From: Bacteroidetes bacterium 4572_112
Lineage (GTDB): Bacteria; Bacteroidota; Bacteroidia; Bacteroidales; UBA1556
NCBI GenBank assembly: GCA_002254285.1
Contig: NIUZ01000002.1
Coordinates: forward strand, 1 to 57,598
Length of the DNA: 57,598 nt
Direction of reading: 5' to 3'
The position numbers were made by a program, and so were the translations under genes. Position 1 is the first letter of the stretch. Each line of letters opens with the position of its first letter. Positions 1 through 8,241 of the stretch are shown here, piece after piece. The notes beneath the pieces were generated by a model. The model was not told the DNA's origin, searched no databases, and saw only the letters and a list, made by a program, of their open reading frames with translations.

Positions 1-1677
1 GTAACAGGAAAGTTTACTGGAACTGCCACTTTTGCTACAGGAACTAGCTTAACAGCAAGTGGAAGTGCCGATATTTTTATTGCAAAATATAATGGAGCCA
101 CTGGCGCATTAATGTTTGCAGAAAAAGCAGGTGGTAGCTCTTATGAAGAAGCCCGAGGAATGGATTGCGACAATAATGGTAATTTCTATATTACAGGAAA
201 TTATTATGGAACAGCAACCTTTGGAACAGGTACTGGAGCAAGTAGTATTACCTCAACTACAGAATTGTATGGTAGTAGCCCTTCTCAGGATATCTTTACA
301 GCAAAGTATGGTAATACAGGAGTTTTTTCTTGGGTACGATCTGCTGGTGGCGGAAGAGAAGCCGGTGGTAGAGACGTAGCTTGCGATGATTTAGGAAATG
401 TAAATACTGTAGGATATTTTGAAGGAAACATCTACTTTGGGACATATTATTTGCAGAATGTGGCTTCAAACGCATCCTTTGCCTACGAAGATCCTTATGC
501 AGCACAATACGATACTTCTGGTAATTTTAACTGGGCAGTACATGGTGGTTCTGGCTGGCACGATGCAGGTTACGGAATAACTACCGATATATGGGGAAAT
601 GTAATTGTTACTGGCACGTTAAATCCTGATGGTGTAGTAAGAAATTGGAATGGAATGGCTTTCGCAGGAGCTACAAATAGTAATAATGGTGACGATATGT
701 TTGTTGCTAAAATGGGTAATCTTAGCGGACCTCCTCCATTGAGTTTGACTATTAATAAAACCGATATTAGCTGTAATGGCCTTTCTGATGGATCGGCAAC
801 TGCAATTGCTGCAGGAGGAGGTTTGGTGTATTCTTATCTTTGGTCAACTGGCGATACTACTACTAATATTAACTCATTAGCAGCAGGAACATACTATATT
901 ACAATTACAGACACGGCTAATAATATTATTAATGATTCAGTAATAATTGCCGAACCGAGTATTATTTCAGCAAGCTATACAAGTAATCAGTTGCAATGCT
1001 ATGGTTATACTAATGGTAATATCAATCTTAGTACCACTGGTGGTGTAAGTCCATATTCTTATCTATGGAGTAATGGCGATACTACCCAGGATGCAAGTAA
1101 TGTGGGAGCTGGGTACCACTCTGTTATTATTACCGATGCACATAATTGTACTATTATCGATAGCACTGAGGTATTACAACCAACACAAATTATTGGAACT
1201 ACATATTCTACAGCAGAGTCCCCTGCTCTTAATAACGGTACAGCTTGGGTAGTTGCTAGTGGTGGTTCTTGGGGTCAGTATATGTACTTGTGGAATGATG
1301 TAAATAGCCAAAGTAATGATACCGCTATTAATTTAGTTGCTGGCGATTATAAGGTTATTATTACAGACTATAGTCAATGTCAGGATAGTGCATTTGTAAC
1401 GGTTGATTATACTACTGTAGGTTTTGCCAATACTATTCCTAATGAAAATACAATTAATATTTTTCCAAATCCTAATAATGGCACTTTCTCTATTGAGATT
1501 TCAGAAAATATTGAGGAGCTTGTTATTAATGATGATAATGGTAAAGTTGTTTTTAGAAAACAGATTTGTAATAATGGAATAATTCAGATTGAGACCAACT
1601 TATCTAAAGGAATGTATTATGTTCAACTAAAAGGCAAAAATACAACAATCATCAAAAAGCTAATAATCAGCAATTAA
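1..1677 (+). CDS. T9SS-sorted surface protein, 5'-partial (SBBP-type beta-propeller repeats + SprB-type repeats + T9SS C-terminal sorting domain)
   Basis: Frame 1 is open from nt 1 (VTGKFTGTATFATG...), so the gene starts upstream of the window. The N-terminal half has repeated D..GN.Y.TG/F.G blocks. Then come ~75-aa repeats of the form C(N/Y)G..DGSA...YSYLWS.GDTT...AG.Y.ITITD. The C-terminus (IFPNPNNGTFSIEI...YYVQLKG...KLIISN) is typical of a T9SS CTD. Confidence 0.85.
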   Translation, partial: VTGKFTGTATFATGTSLTASGSADIFIAKYNGATGALMFAEKAGGSSYEEARGMDCDNNGNFYITGNYYGTATFGTGTGASSITSTTELYGSSPSQDIFTAKYGNTGVFSWVRSAGGGREAGGRDVACDDLGNVNTVGYFEGNIYFGTYYLQNVASNASFAYEDPYAAQYDTSGNFNWAVHGGSGWHDAGYGITTDIWGNVIVTGTLNPDGVVRNWNGMAFAGATNSNNGDDMFVAKMGNLSGPPPLSLTINKTDISCNGLSDGSATAIAAGGGLVYSYLWSTGDTTTNINSLAAGTYYITITDTANNIINDSVIIAEPSIISASYTSNQLQCYGYTNGNINLSTTGGVSPYSYLWSNGDTTQDASNVGAGYHSVIITDAHNCTIIDSTEVLQPTQIIGTTYSTAESPALNNGTAWVVASGGSWGQYMYLWNDVNSQSNDTAINLVAGDYKVIITDYSQCQDSAFVTVDYTTVGFANTIPNENTINIFPNPNNGTFSIEISENIEELVINDDNGKVVFRKQICNNGIIQIETNLSKGMYYVQLKGKNTTIIKKLIISN

Positions 1678-1696
1678 ACACCGTATGACGTAAAAT

Positions 1697-1739
1697 AACC
1701 GCGGAAAATCCTTTTTTTGGAATTTTCCTGCGGTTTTTT
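1697..1739 (+). terminator. Rho-independent terminator after the surface protein gene
   Basis: Imperfect hairpin aaccgcggaaaatcc / ggaattttcctgcggtt followed by a T6 run. Confidence 0.6.
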
Positions 1740-1810
1740 AGTTTAAGCAAAATAATTAATACTACTTTCGTCATCCTAAGACTATATTAGCTTTATTTTT
1801 AATTGCAAAT

Positions 1811-3148
1811 ATGAAATCATATTCACAATATATAATGCCAGAAGAAACTGTTGAACATGAAGGGACGTGGTTGCAATGGCCACACCATTATACCTATGGG
1901 ATGTTTTACAGAAACTCCCTAGACAATACATGGGTAGAAATGACCGCAGCGCTTGTAAATAATGAAAAAGTTCATATTGTAGCGTATAATATAACTGAGA
2001 AAAACAGAATAATTGCACTTTTGAATAATGCTGGTATCCCCATCACAAATATTGATTTCTTTATTCACCAAAACGATGATGTTTGGGTCAGGGATAATGG
2101 GCCTATGTTTGTTTATGATACAAATAATGTGTTGACTATTCTTGATTGGGGATTTAATGGTTGGGGTAATGATGCTCCATATTCAAAATGCGATATTATA
2201 CCTACGTCATTAGCAAGCGATTTGGCATTAGCCGTTGTTGATTTAAGTGCAATGGTATTAGAGGGTGGAGCTATCGAGCAAGACGGAAACGGTACTATGA
2301 TTGCCACAAGAAGCTCGATAACACACTCCAGCAGAAATCTTGGATTAACAGAAACTCAGATTGAAAGTTATTTGACAACAAATATGGGAATTGCTAACTT
2401 TATTTGGCTTGATGGGGTTTCTGGTTCTGAAATAACAGATATGCATATTGATGGATTTGTAAAATTTGCAAATGATAGCACAATAGTAACTTTTAGTAAT
2501 TCAGATTTGCAATATTGGGAATTATCGCCAAAAGATATTGACACATTACATAATGCTAAAAATACAAATGGAGTTGCATATAATTTTGTAACAGTTCCTC
2601 TAACACAGAATAACGTAACTACTGCATATGGAAATCAATTGGGCTATAAAGGTTCATATTGCAATTACTATATTGCAAATAATGTGGTTTTAGTGCCAAA
2701 TTATAATGACTTAAATGATACTATTGCTAATTCAATAATTCAAGGGCTTTATCCGAACAGAACAGTTATTGGAATAGATGTAAGAAACTTATATGAGAAT
2801 GGAGGAATGATACATTGTGTTACCCAACAACAGCCTATCGACTTAAATACTTCATCAATAAATACAACTGAGAAATCAGGAATTAGAGCAGTTAATATTT
2901 ACCCAAATCCAACAAACGATTTGTTGACATTAGAAATAAATCTGCAAGAAAAGTCGCTAGTAGAAATAAGAATTATTGATATGCTAGGAAAACAAATTTT
3001 ATCTCAAAATGGATATTATTCAGTAGGTAGTAACGAAATATTAATAAACACTAATAATTTAAAAAGTGGTGTTTATACGTATTTAATTACAGTTAATAAC
3101 GTGAAAGTAACTAGTAAAAAACTAATAATAAATAAGGATATTCACTAA
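1811..3148 (+). CDS. Agmatine deiminase / Porphyromonas-type peptidylarginine deiminase family protein with T9SS C-terminal sorting domain
   Basis: Family motifs: GTWLQWPH, VWVRDNGPMF, EGGAIE.DG.GT, and the catalytic Cys context GGMIHCVTQQQP. The tail IYPNPTNDLLTLEI...GVYTYLITV...KKLIINK is a T9SS CTD. Confidence 0.85.
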   Translation: MKSYSQYIMPEETVEHEGTWLQWPHHYTYGMFYRNSLDNTWVEMTAALVNNEKVHIVAYNITEKNRIIALLNNAGIPITNIDFFIHQNDDVWVRDNGPMFVYDTNNVLTILDWGFNGWGNDAPYSKCDIIPTSLASDLALAVVDLSAMVLEGGAIEQDGNGTMIATRSSITHSSRNLGLTETQIESYLTTNMGIANFIWLDGVSGSEITDMHIDGFVKFANDSTIVTFSNSDLQYWELSPKDIDTLHNAKNTNGVAYNFVTVPLTQNNVTTAYGNQLGYKGSYCNYYIANNVVLVPNYNDLNDTIANSIIQGLYPNRTVIGIDVRNLYENGGMIHCVTQQQPIDLNTSSINTTEKSGIRAVNIYPNPTNDLLTLEINLQEKSLVEIRIIDMLGKQILSQNGYYSVGSNEILINTNNLKSGVYTYLITVNNVKVTSKKLIINKDIH

Positions 3149-3180
3149 GAAGTGTGTTTTGTATCTGAAATAGAAAAACT

Positions 3181-3555
3181 ATGAATAAAAAAATATTGAC
3201 ACCTATTCCCTTATATGGTTTTGATCCATCAGAAGTTGCTATACCTTGGATACAAATTATGAAAAATAACATTGAAGTTGTTTTTGCTACTCTTAGTGAC
3301 AAAAAGGCTACTGCTGATAACATAATGTTAACAGGCAAAAAACTAGGTTTTTGGAAGTTTATACTACAAGCTCGTAAAGATGCTGTAGATGCATACTATG
3401 AATTAGAAAAAAACGAATCATTTTGTAACCCAATAAAATATGTTGATGCTCAAGAATTAAATTTTGATGCAGTATTATTGCCAGGAGGACACGATAAAGG
3501 TGTTAAGGGATACCTGGAATCAAAAGTATTAATCCTGAAACAAAAAAATCAATAA
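3181..3555 (+). pseudogene. DJ-1/PfpI (type 1 glutamine amidotransferase-like) gene, 3'-truncated
   Basis: The 124-aa ORF matches the N-terminal half of this family up to LLPGGHDKGVKGYLESKVL, then ends in an unrelated ILKQKNQ*. The nucleophile-elbow half is absent. Only 23 bp remain before the next gene. Confidence 0.6.
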
Positions 3556-3578
3556 TTCATAATTATAAAATTCGAATA

Positions 3579-4673
3579 ATGAAACTCAAGAAAATAATAT
3601 CATCAATAGAAAGCTATGCGCCGCTATCCTTGCAGGAGTCTTACGATAATGCTGGGTTAATTGTTGGCTCTGCAAATGCCGATATTGATAAGGCTTTAAT
3701 CTGTTTTGATGTAACGGAAGAGGTTATTGAGGAGGCGATAAGTATTGGCGCAAATCTAATAATATCGCATCATCCAATAATTTTTGGTGGTATAAAAAAA
3801 CTCAATGGCAAAAACTATGTTGAGCGCATTGTGATAAAGGCCATAAAAAATGATATTGCACTTTATGCGGCACATACCAATTTGGATAATATTATAAATG
3901 GGACCAATAAAATACTTGCAGACAAACTTGGGCTGAAAAATATTAAAACCCTGAATCCACAGCGCGGTATTTTGAATAAGCTGGTGGTTTATACTCCCAT
4001 AAGTCATAAGCAGCAAGTGCAGCAAGCAATTTTCGAAGCCGGAGCAGGGCATATTGGCAATTATGATAGCTGTAGTTTTGAGAGCGATGGCCTAGGTAGT
4101 TTTAGGGCTAATGGGCAAGCAAATCCTTTTGTGGGAAATATAGGCGAACTACATAAAGAGAAAGAAATTCGCTTGGAAACAATTTTCCCATCACATTTAA
4201 AGGGGCAAATAATCAACGCTTTATTGCAGGCACATCCTTATGAGGAGGTTGCTTACGATATTTATAAAGTGGAGAATAATATTAGCAATATTGGCGCAGG
4301 AATTATAGGAGAATTGCCAGAGGCAACTGACGAACTTCCTTTTTTGAATAGTATTAAAAATATTACCAAAGCTCAGGGGATTAAATACACCAATTTACTT
4401 AATAAAAAAATCAAAAAAGTTGCCATTTGTGGAGGTAGTGGAGCCTTTCTTATTAATACTGCCAAAAGTGCTGGTGCTGATGTATATATAACTGGCGATA
4501 TTAAGTATCACGAATACTTTGATGCCGACAATTCAATACTATTGGCAGATATTGGCCATTATGAAAGCGAGCAATTTACAAACACATTATTATTCAGTAT
4601 TATTAAAGAAAAAATACCTACATTTGCAGTCCAAATTTCGGACATTAATACAAATCCGGTAAATTATTTGTAA
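3579..4673 (+). CDS. Nif3-like dinuclear metal centre protein (YbgI/GTP cyclohydrolase 1 type 2 family)
   Basis: 364 aa. Carries SHHP, AHTNLD and GHYESE motifs with an inserted PII-like domain. It has the usual pairing with a downstream DUF164 zinc-ribbon gene. Confidence 0.9.
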   Translation: MKLKKIISSIESYAPLSLQESYDNAGLIVGSANADIDKALICFDVTEEVIEEAISIGANLIISHHPIIFGGIKKLNGKNYVERIVIKAIKNDIALYAAHTNLDNIINGTNKILADKLGLKNIKTLNPQRGILNKLVVYTPISHKQQVQQAIFEAGAGHIGNYDSCSFESDGLGSFRANGQANPFVGNIGELHKEKEIRLETIFPSHLKGQIINALLQAHPYEEVAYDIYKVENNISNIGAGIIGELPEATDELPFLNSIKNITKAQGIKYTNLLNKKIKKVAICGGSGAFLINTAKSAGADVYITGDIKYHEYFDADNSILLADIGHYESEQFTNTLLFSIIKEKIPTFAVQISDINTNPVNYL

Positions 4674-4698
4674 TCAGGAATTTAACGAAAAATAACCT

Positions 4699-5502
4699 AT
4701 GAGCAAATCTACGGCTGACAAAACAAAGCATGCACATAACGCTGATATTTCTGTAGAAGAAAAGTTAGTGGCTTTGGCCAAATTACAAAATATTGATTCT
4801 AAAATTGATAAAATTAGAATCATTCGTGGTGAATTACCATTAGAAGTACAAGACTTAGAAGACGACGTACTTGGTTTACAAACTCGCATAGAGAAGCTAA
4901 ATTCTGAAATTCAAGATATCGAAAACGATATTCAAGATAAGGAAGCTATTCTTATTGAGGGCGCTTCATTGATTAAGAAGTACGAAGACCAACGTATGAA
5001 CGTTAGAAATAACCGTGAGTACGATTCTTTGACTAAAGAAATTGAGTATCAAAATCTTGAGATTCAGTTGGCTGAAAAGCGAATCAAGGAGTTTAACTAC
5101 GCTATTCAGATGAAGAAAGAAGTTGTCATTGAGGCTAAATCTAAACTTACTGAGCGTGAGGCTGATCTTCAAGCTAAGAATGATAAACTTAACGAAATCA
5201 TTGCTGAAACAGAAAAAGAGGAAAACTTATTAAGATCTGAATCTGAAAAGAACGAAGTTTTTATTGAAGAGCGTTTGTTGACAGCTTATAAGCGTATCCG
5301 CGACAATATGCGCAATGGTCTTGCTGTTGTGCCAATCGGACGTGATGCTTGTGGTGGTTGTTTCAATAAAATTCCACCTCAACGTCAGTTAGATATTCGT
5401 ATGCATAAGAAAATTATCGTTTGCGAATACTGTGGACGTATTCTTACCGACGACGAAATTATTGCTAAAGCTACTGGCGAGCCTATCGCTACTGCTGAAT
5501 AA
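4699..5502 (+). CDS. Coiled-coil protein with C-terminal C4 zinc ribbon (DUF164/COG1579 family)
   Basis: Long heptad-rich coiled coil followed by C.GC...(22 aa)...CEYCGRIL. It is the conserved partner of Nif3. Confidence 0.85.
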   Translation: MSKSTADKTKHAHNADISVEEKLVALAKLQNIDSKIDKIRIIRGELPLEVQDLEDDVLGLQTRIEKLNSEIQDIENDIQDKEAILIEGASLIKKYEDQRMNVRNNREYDSLTKEIEYQNLEIQLAEKRIKEFNYAIQMKKEVVIEAKSKLTEREADLQAKNDKLNEIIAETEKEENLLRSESEKNEVFIEERLLTAYKRIRDNMRNGLAVVPIGRDACGGCFNKIPPQRQLDIRMHKKIIVCEYCGRILTDDEIIAKATGEPIATAE

Positions 5503-5522
5503 ATAGCAATTAAATATATTTT

Positions 5523-5560
5523 AAAAAAAAGCCAATTTCTTTAATGAAATTGGCTTTTTC
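5523..5560. terminator. Bidirectional Rho-independent terminator
   Basis: A8 run, 9-bp perfect stem gccaatttc/gaaattggc with a 6-nt loop, then a T5 run. Confidence 0.75.
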
Positions 5561-5661
5561 TGGTTTTTGGGGAATAATTTTTTTATTGCAGATAGGCAAG
5601 TCCTACGTACTTTGAAACTAGTTTCCGCACCTTGTGCTACAAATAGGTAACTCATTTGGAG

Positions 5662-6324
5662 TTAGAAGTCGTTATAAATAAGGGCCTTCAATTCCTCCAT
5701 ATATTTAAAAATATCCTCAATCTGCTGTTTCTCTGTACACCATGTTTGTGGGTTTATTATCGAAATGTAAGATTTGTCTTTTAGCTCAGGTATAAAATCT
5801 ATCTTAAACTCATTGATAGATATATTTAGTAATTCTTGTATATCAAATGCTTTTACAATATGCTTTTGCACCCTAGAATGTGATAGCAGGTTTTTTATTG
5901 CAGAGTCTTCGGTATCTCCTTTTATTACCACTTTAGATTGAAAATTACTACTGCCAATATTATTTTTTGATTTTGATAAAGGGTTTAATTTATCGATTAA
6001 AAACCGCTTTCTGATATTCAATTCGGACTTAATATTTGACGATAATGGAATAAAAGCCCCACAAATATCAGTTGCAAAACCACCCTTAGCAAAAGGGTCG
6101 CTAAGCCAGATAAAGAAGCACGAGTTTGTGCTATCATTTGGGATATATATAACCTCTTTGGGCTTTTGATAATTGCGTACTCCACCGCTAGAAGGATAAA
6201 TAATCTCTTCATTAAAAATTTGCCTATCGGTTGATTTTGCGAATTTCGTTAATATTTCAAGGTTAGTTGGATCTTCCATAATTATATGATTATTAGTTGA
6301 AACAAAGGTATGATTTAAAATCAC
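5662..6324 (-). CDS. Hypothetical protein (no recognisable family)
   Basis: 220-aa ORF with a GTG start at 6324. An ATG start at 6279 (MEDPTNLEIL...) is more likely. No motifs recognised. The gene sits between long non-coding stretches. Confidence 0.5.
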   Translation of the reverse strand: MILNHTFVSTNNHIIMEDPTNLEILTKFAKSTDRQIFNEEIIYPSSGGVRNYQKPKEVIYIPNDSTNSCFFIWLSDPFAKGGFATDICGAFIPLSSNIKSELNIRKRFLIDKLNPLSKSKNNIGSSNFQSKVVIKGDTEDSAIKNLLSHSRVQKHIVKAFDIQELLNISINEFKIDFIPELKDKSYISIINPQTWCTEKQQIEDIFKYMEELKALIYNDF

Positions 6325-6336
6325 TGTTAAAAAAAA

Positions 6337-6365
6337 TATTATTAACTTTGGGTTCAGTTAATTAA
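6337..6365. repeat. 29-bp element, copy A (exact reverse complement of 35918..35946)
   Basis: tattattaactttgggttcagttaattaa. It is internally near-palindromic (ttattaac-N10-gttaatta). Looser flanking similarity extends to about 55 bp. Confidence 0.9.
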
Positions 6366-6430
6366 TTCTATTAAAAAAAAGGTTCTACCACTAAATTAAT
6401 GGGGTTTATTATAGTTGTAACTATAATTTT

Positions 6431-6557
6431 ATGAAATATAGTTTTTTAAATGATTATAACAAGGAGCTCCCCCCTAATATATTGGATGCCTTATTAAGTT
6501 CAAATATGAAGCAACAAACACCTTTATGGTGACGATGAATATTCTAGAAGGATTTAA
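6431..6557 (+). pseudogene. Relic of the 5' end of a threonine aldolase / beta-eliminating lyase family gene
   Basis: MKYSFLNDYNKELPPNILDALLSSNMKQQTPL then, after a 1-nt shift, YGDDEYSRRI*. This matches the conserved N-terminus (YSF.NDY.E...P.IL.AL...N....YG.DEYS) of low-specificity threonine aldolases. The remaining ~300 codons are missing. Confidence 0.55.
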
Positions 6558-6744
6558 TAAAAGCTAAAATACGTAAAATTTTGATTTTCTGAGAATGGAT
6601 AAATCTCAAAATAAATAGGTGATTTTCGTACTTATTATTGAACGATTTAGTGTAGCTTTGCAAATCTAATTAATTAGACGCTTATTAGGTTTATATTGTA
6701 AGGTATAAGCTGAAATATAAAAAATAAATTAAAATAATATTGCA

Positions 6745-8001
6745 ATGAAAACTATAGCAGTAATAGGATTGGGTTATGTGGGATTACCATTGGCCGTAGA
6801 ATTCGGTAAAAAACGTAAAGTAATAGGTTTTGAAATCAACCAAGCTCGAGTTGATGAATTAACAGCAGGTCATGATCATACTTTAGAAAGTAGTGATGAG
6901 GACTTGAAAGAAGCTAAATTTGCATCATATACCACTGATATTGAGAGAATTCGTGAGGCGCAGATTTATATTATTGCTGTACCTACACCAACGGATAAAA
7001 ACAATCGCCCCGATTTAACACCATTAATTAAAGCATCAGAAACTGTTGCTAAGGTTATTAAAGATGGCGATATTGTAATTTACGAATCAACAGTATATCC
7101 TGGAGCTACCGAAGAGGACTGTGTTCCTGTAATTGAGAAAATGTCGGGTAAGAAAATGAACGAACATTTCTTTGTTGGATATTCTCCTGAGCGTATAAAT
7201 CCAGGTGATAAGGTAAATACACTTACAACAATTAAGAAAGTAACATCGGGTTCTACTCCAGCTATTGGAAAAGAGGTTGATGCTTTATATAACGAAATTA
7301 TTACAGCAGGAACTCACCTAGCACCAACTATTAAAGTAGCTGAGGCTTCAAAAGTTATTGAGAATTCGCAGCGTGATATCAATATTGCTTTTGTAAATGA
7401 GTTAGCAAAGATTTTTAACGCAATGAATATCGATACACTTGATGTATTGGAAGCTGCGGGTACTAAATGGAATTTTCTTCCTTTCCGACCAGGATTAGTA
7501 GGAGGTCACTGTATTGGTGTTGATCCGTTCTATCTTGCACAAAAAGCTCAAGAGGTTGGATATCATCCTGAGATTATTCTTGCAGGACGTAGACTGAATG
7601 ATTCTATGGGAGCATTTGTTGCTAGCGAAACAGTAAAGATAATGGTGAAATCAGGTAAATCTGTTAAGGATGCCAAAGCTCTAATGCTAGGTATTACTTT
7701 CAAAGAAAATTGCCCTGATATTAGAAATACTAGAGCTACTGATATTTATACTGAGCTTAAGGAATACGCTATGGAAGTAGATGTTTTTGATCCTTGGGCT
7801 AATAAAGAAGATGTTAAGCGCGAGTATGGAATTGACCTACTTGATGAGCTTAATGACCTTGATAAGTATAGCGCAATTATTTTGGCGGTATCTCACAATC
7901 AATTTAAGCATTATAACTTTAGAGCAGCTAAAGAGGCTGGCGCAGTTATTTATGATGCTAAAAGTATTCTTCCTCGCGATATTGTTGATGCAAGGCTATA
8001 A
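6745..8001 (+). CDS. Nucleotide-sugar dehydrogenase (UDP-N-acetyl-hexosamine 6-dehydrogenase, TviB/WbpO-like)
   Basis: N-terminal Rossmann motif [22 protein letters not shown], and catalytic GGHCIGVDP. 418 aa. A TAgcTTTG -7 box lies at 6653..6660. Confidence 0.9.
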   Translation: MKTIAVIGLGYVGLPLAVEFGKKRKVIGFEINQARVDELTAGHDHTLESSDEDLKEAKFASYTTDIERIREAQIYIIAVPTPTDKNNRPDLTPLIKASETVAKVIKDGDIVIYESTVYPGATEEDCVPVIEKMSGKKMNEHFFVGYSPERINPGDKVNTLTTIKKVTSGSTPAIGKEVDALYNEIITAGTHLAPTIKVAEASKVIENSQRDINIAFVNELAKIFNAMNIDTLDVLEAAGTKWNFLPFRPGLVGGHCIGVDPFYLAQKAQEVGYHPEIILAGRRLNDSMGAFVASETVKIMVKSGKSVKDAKALMLGITFKENCPDIRNTRATDIYTELKEYAMEVDVFDPWANKEDVKREYGIDLLDELNDLDKYSAIILAVSHNQFKHYNFRAAKEAGAVIYDAKSILPRDIVDARL

Positions 8002-8020
8002 TTGACATAAACTTATTGAA

Positions 8021-8053
8021 AAGGGATAAAGCATTTGTTTTATCCCTTTTTTT
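8021..8053 (+). terminator. Rho-independent terminator
   Basis: Perfect 10-bp stem aagggataaa/tttatccctt with an 8-nt loop, then a T-run. Confidence 0.8.
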
Positions 8054-8241
8054 GTGTATATATTCTGCCATATTTGTACTGATACCAAATTAATACCAAA
8101 TTGGTATGATTAACAATATCAATGTACACTTACCGTTGTATTAAATATTTATTAATTTTATAGCATCAAAAAACAGGTGTAACAAATCGAGTTTTGCCAC
8201 GTCAAAACTGCATCACATTATTTAAAAAAAATTATTCTATT

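Noticed and set aside
8194-8241. Longer N-terminal extensions given by the ORF track: TTG/GTG starts at 8194, 23453, 40326, 42226, 44369, 51003, 51018, 37113, 17393 and 57335
   Set aside because: Internal ATG starts give proper signal peptides, lipoboxes or family-typical N-termini. The 42226 start lies inside the upstream terminator hairpin.
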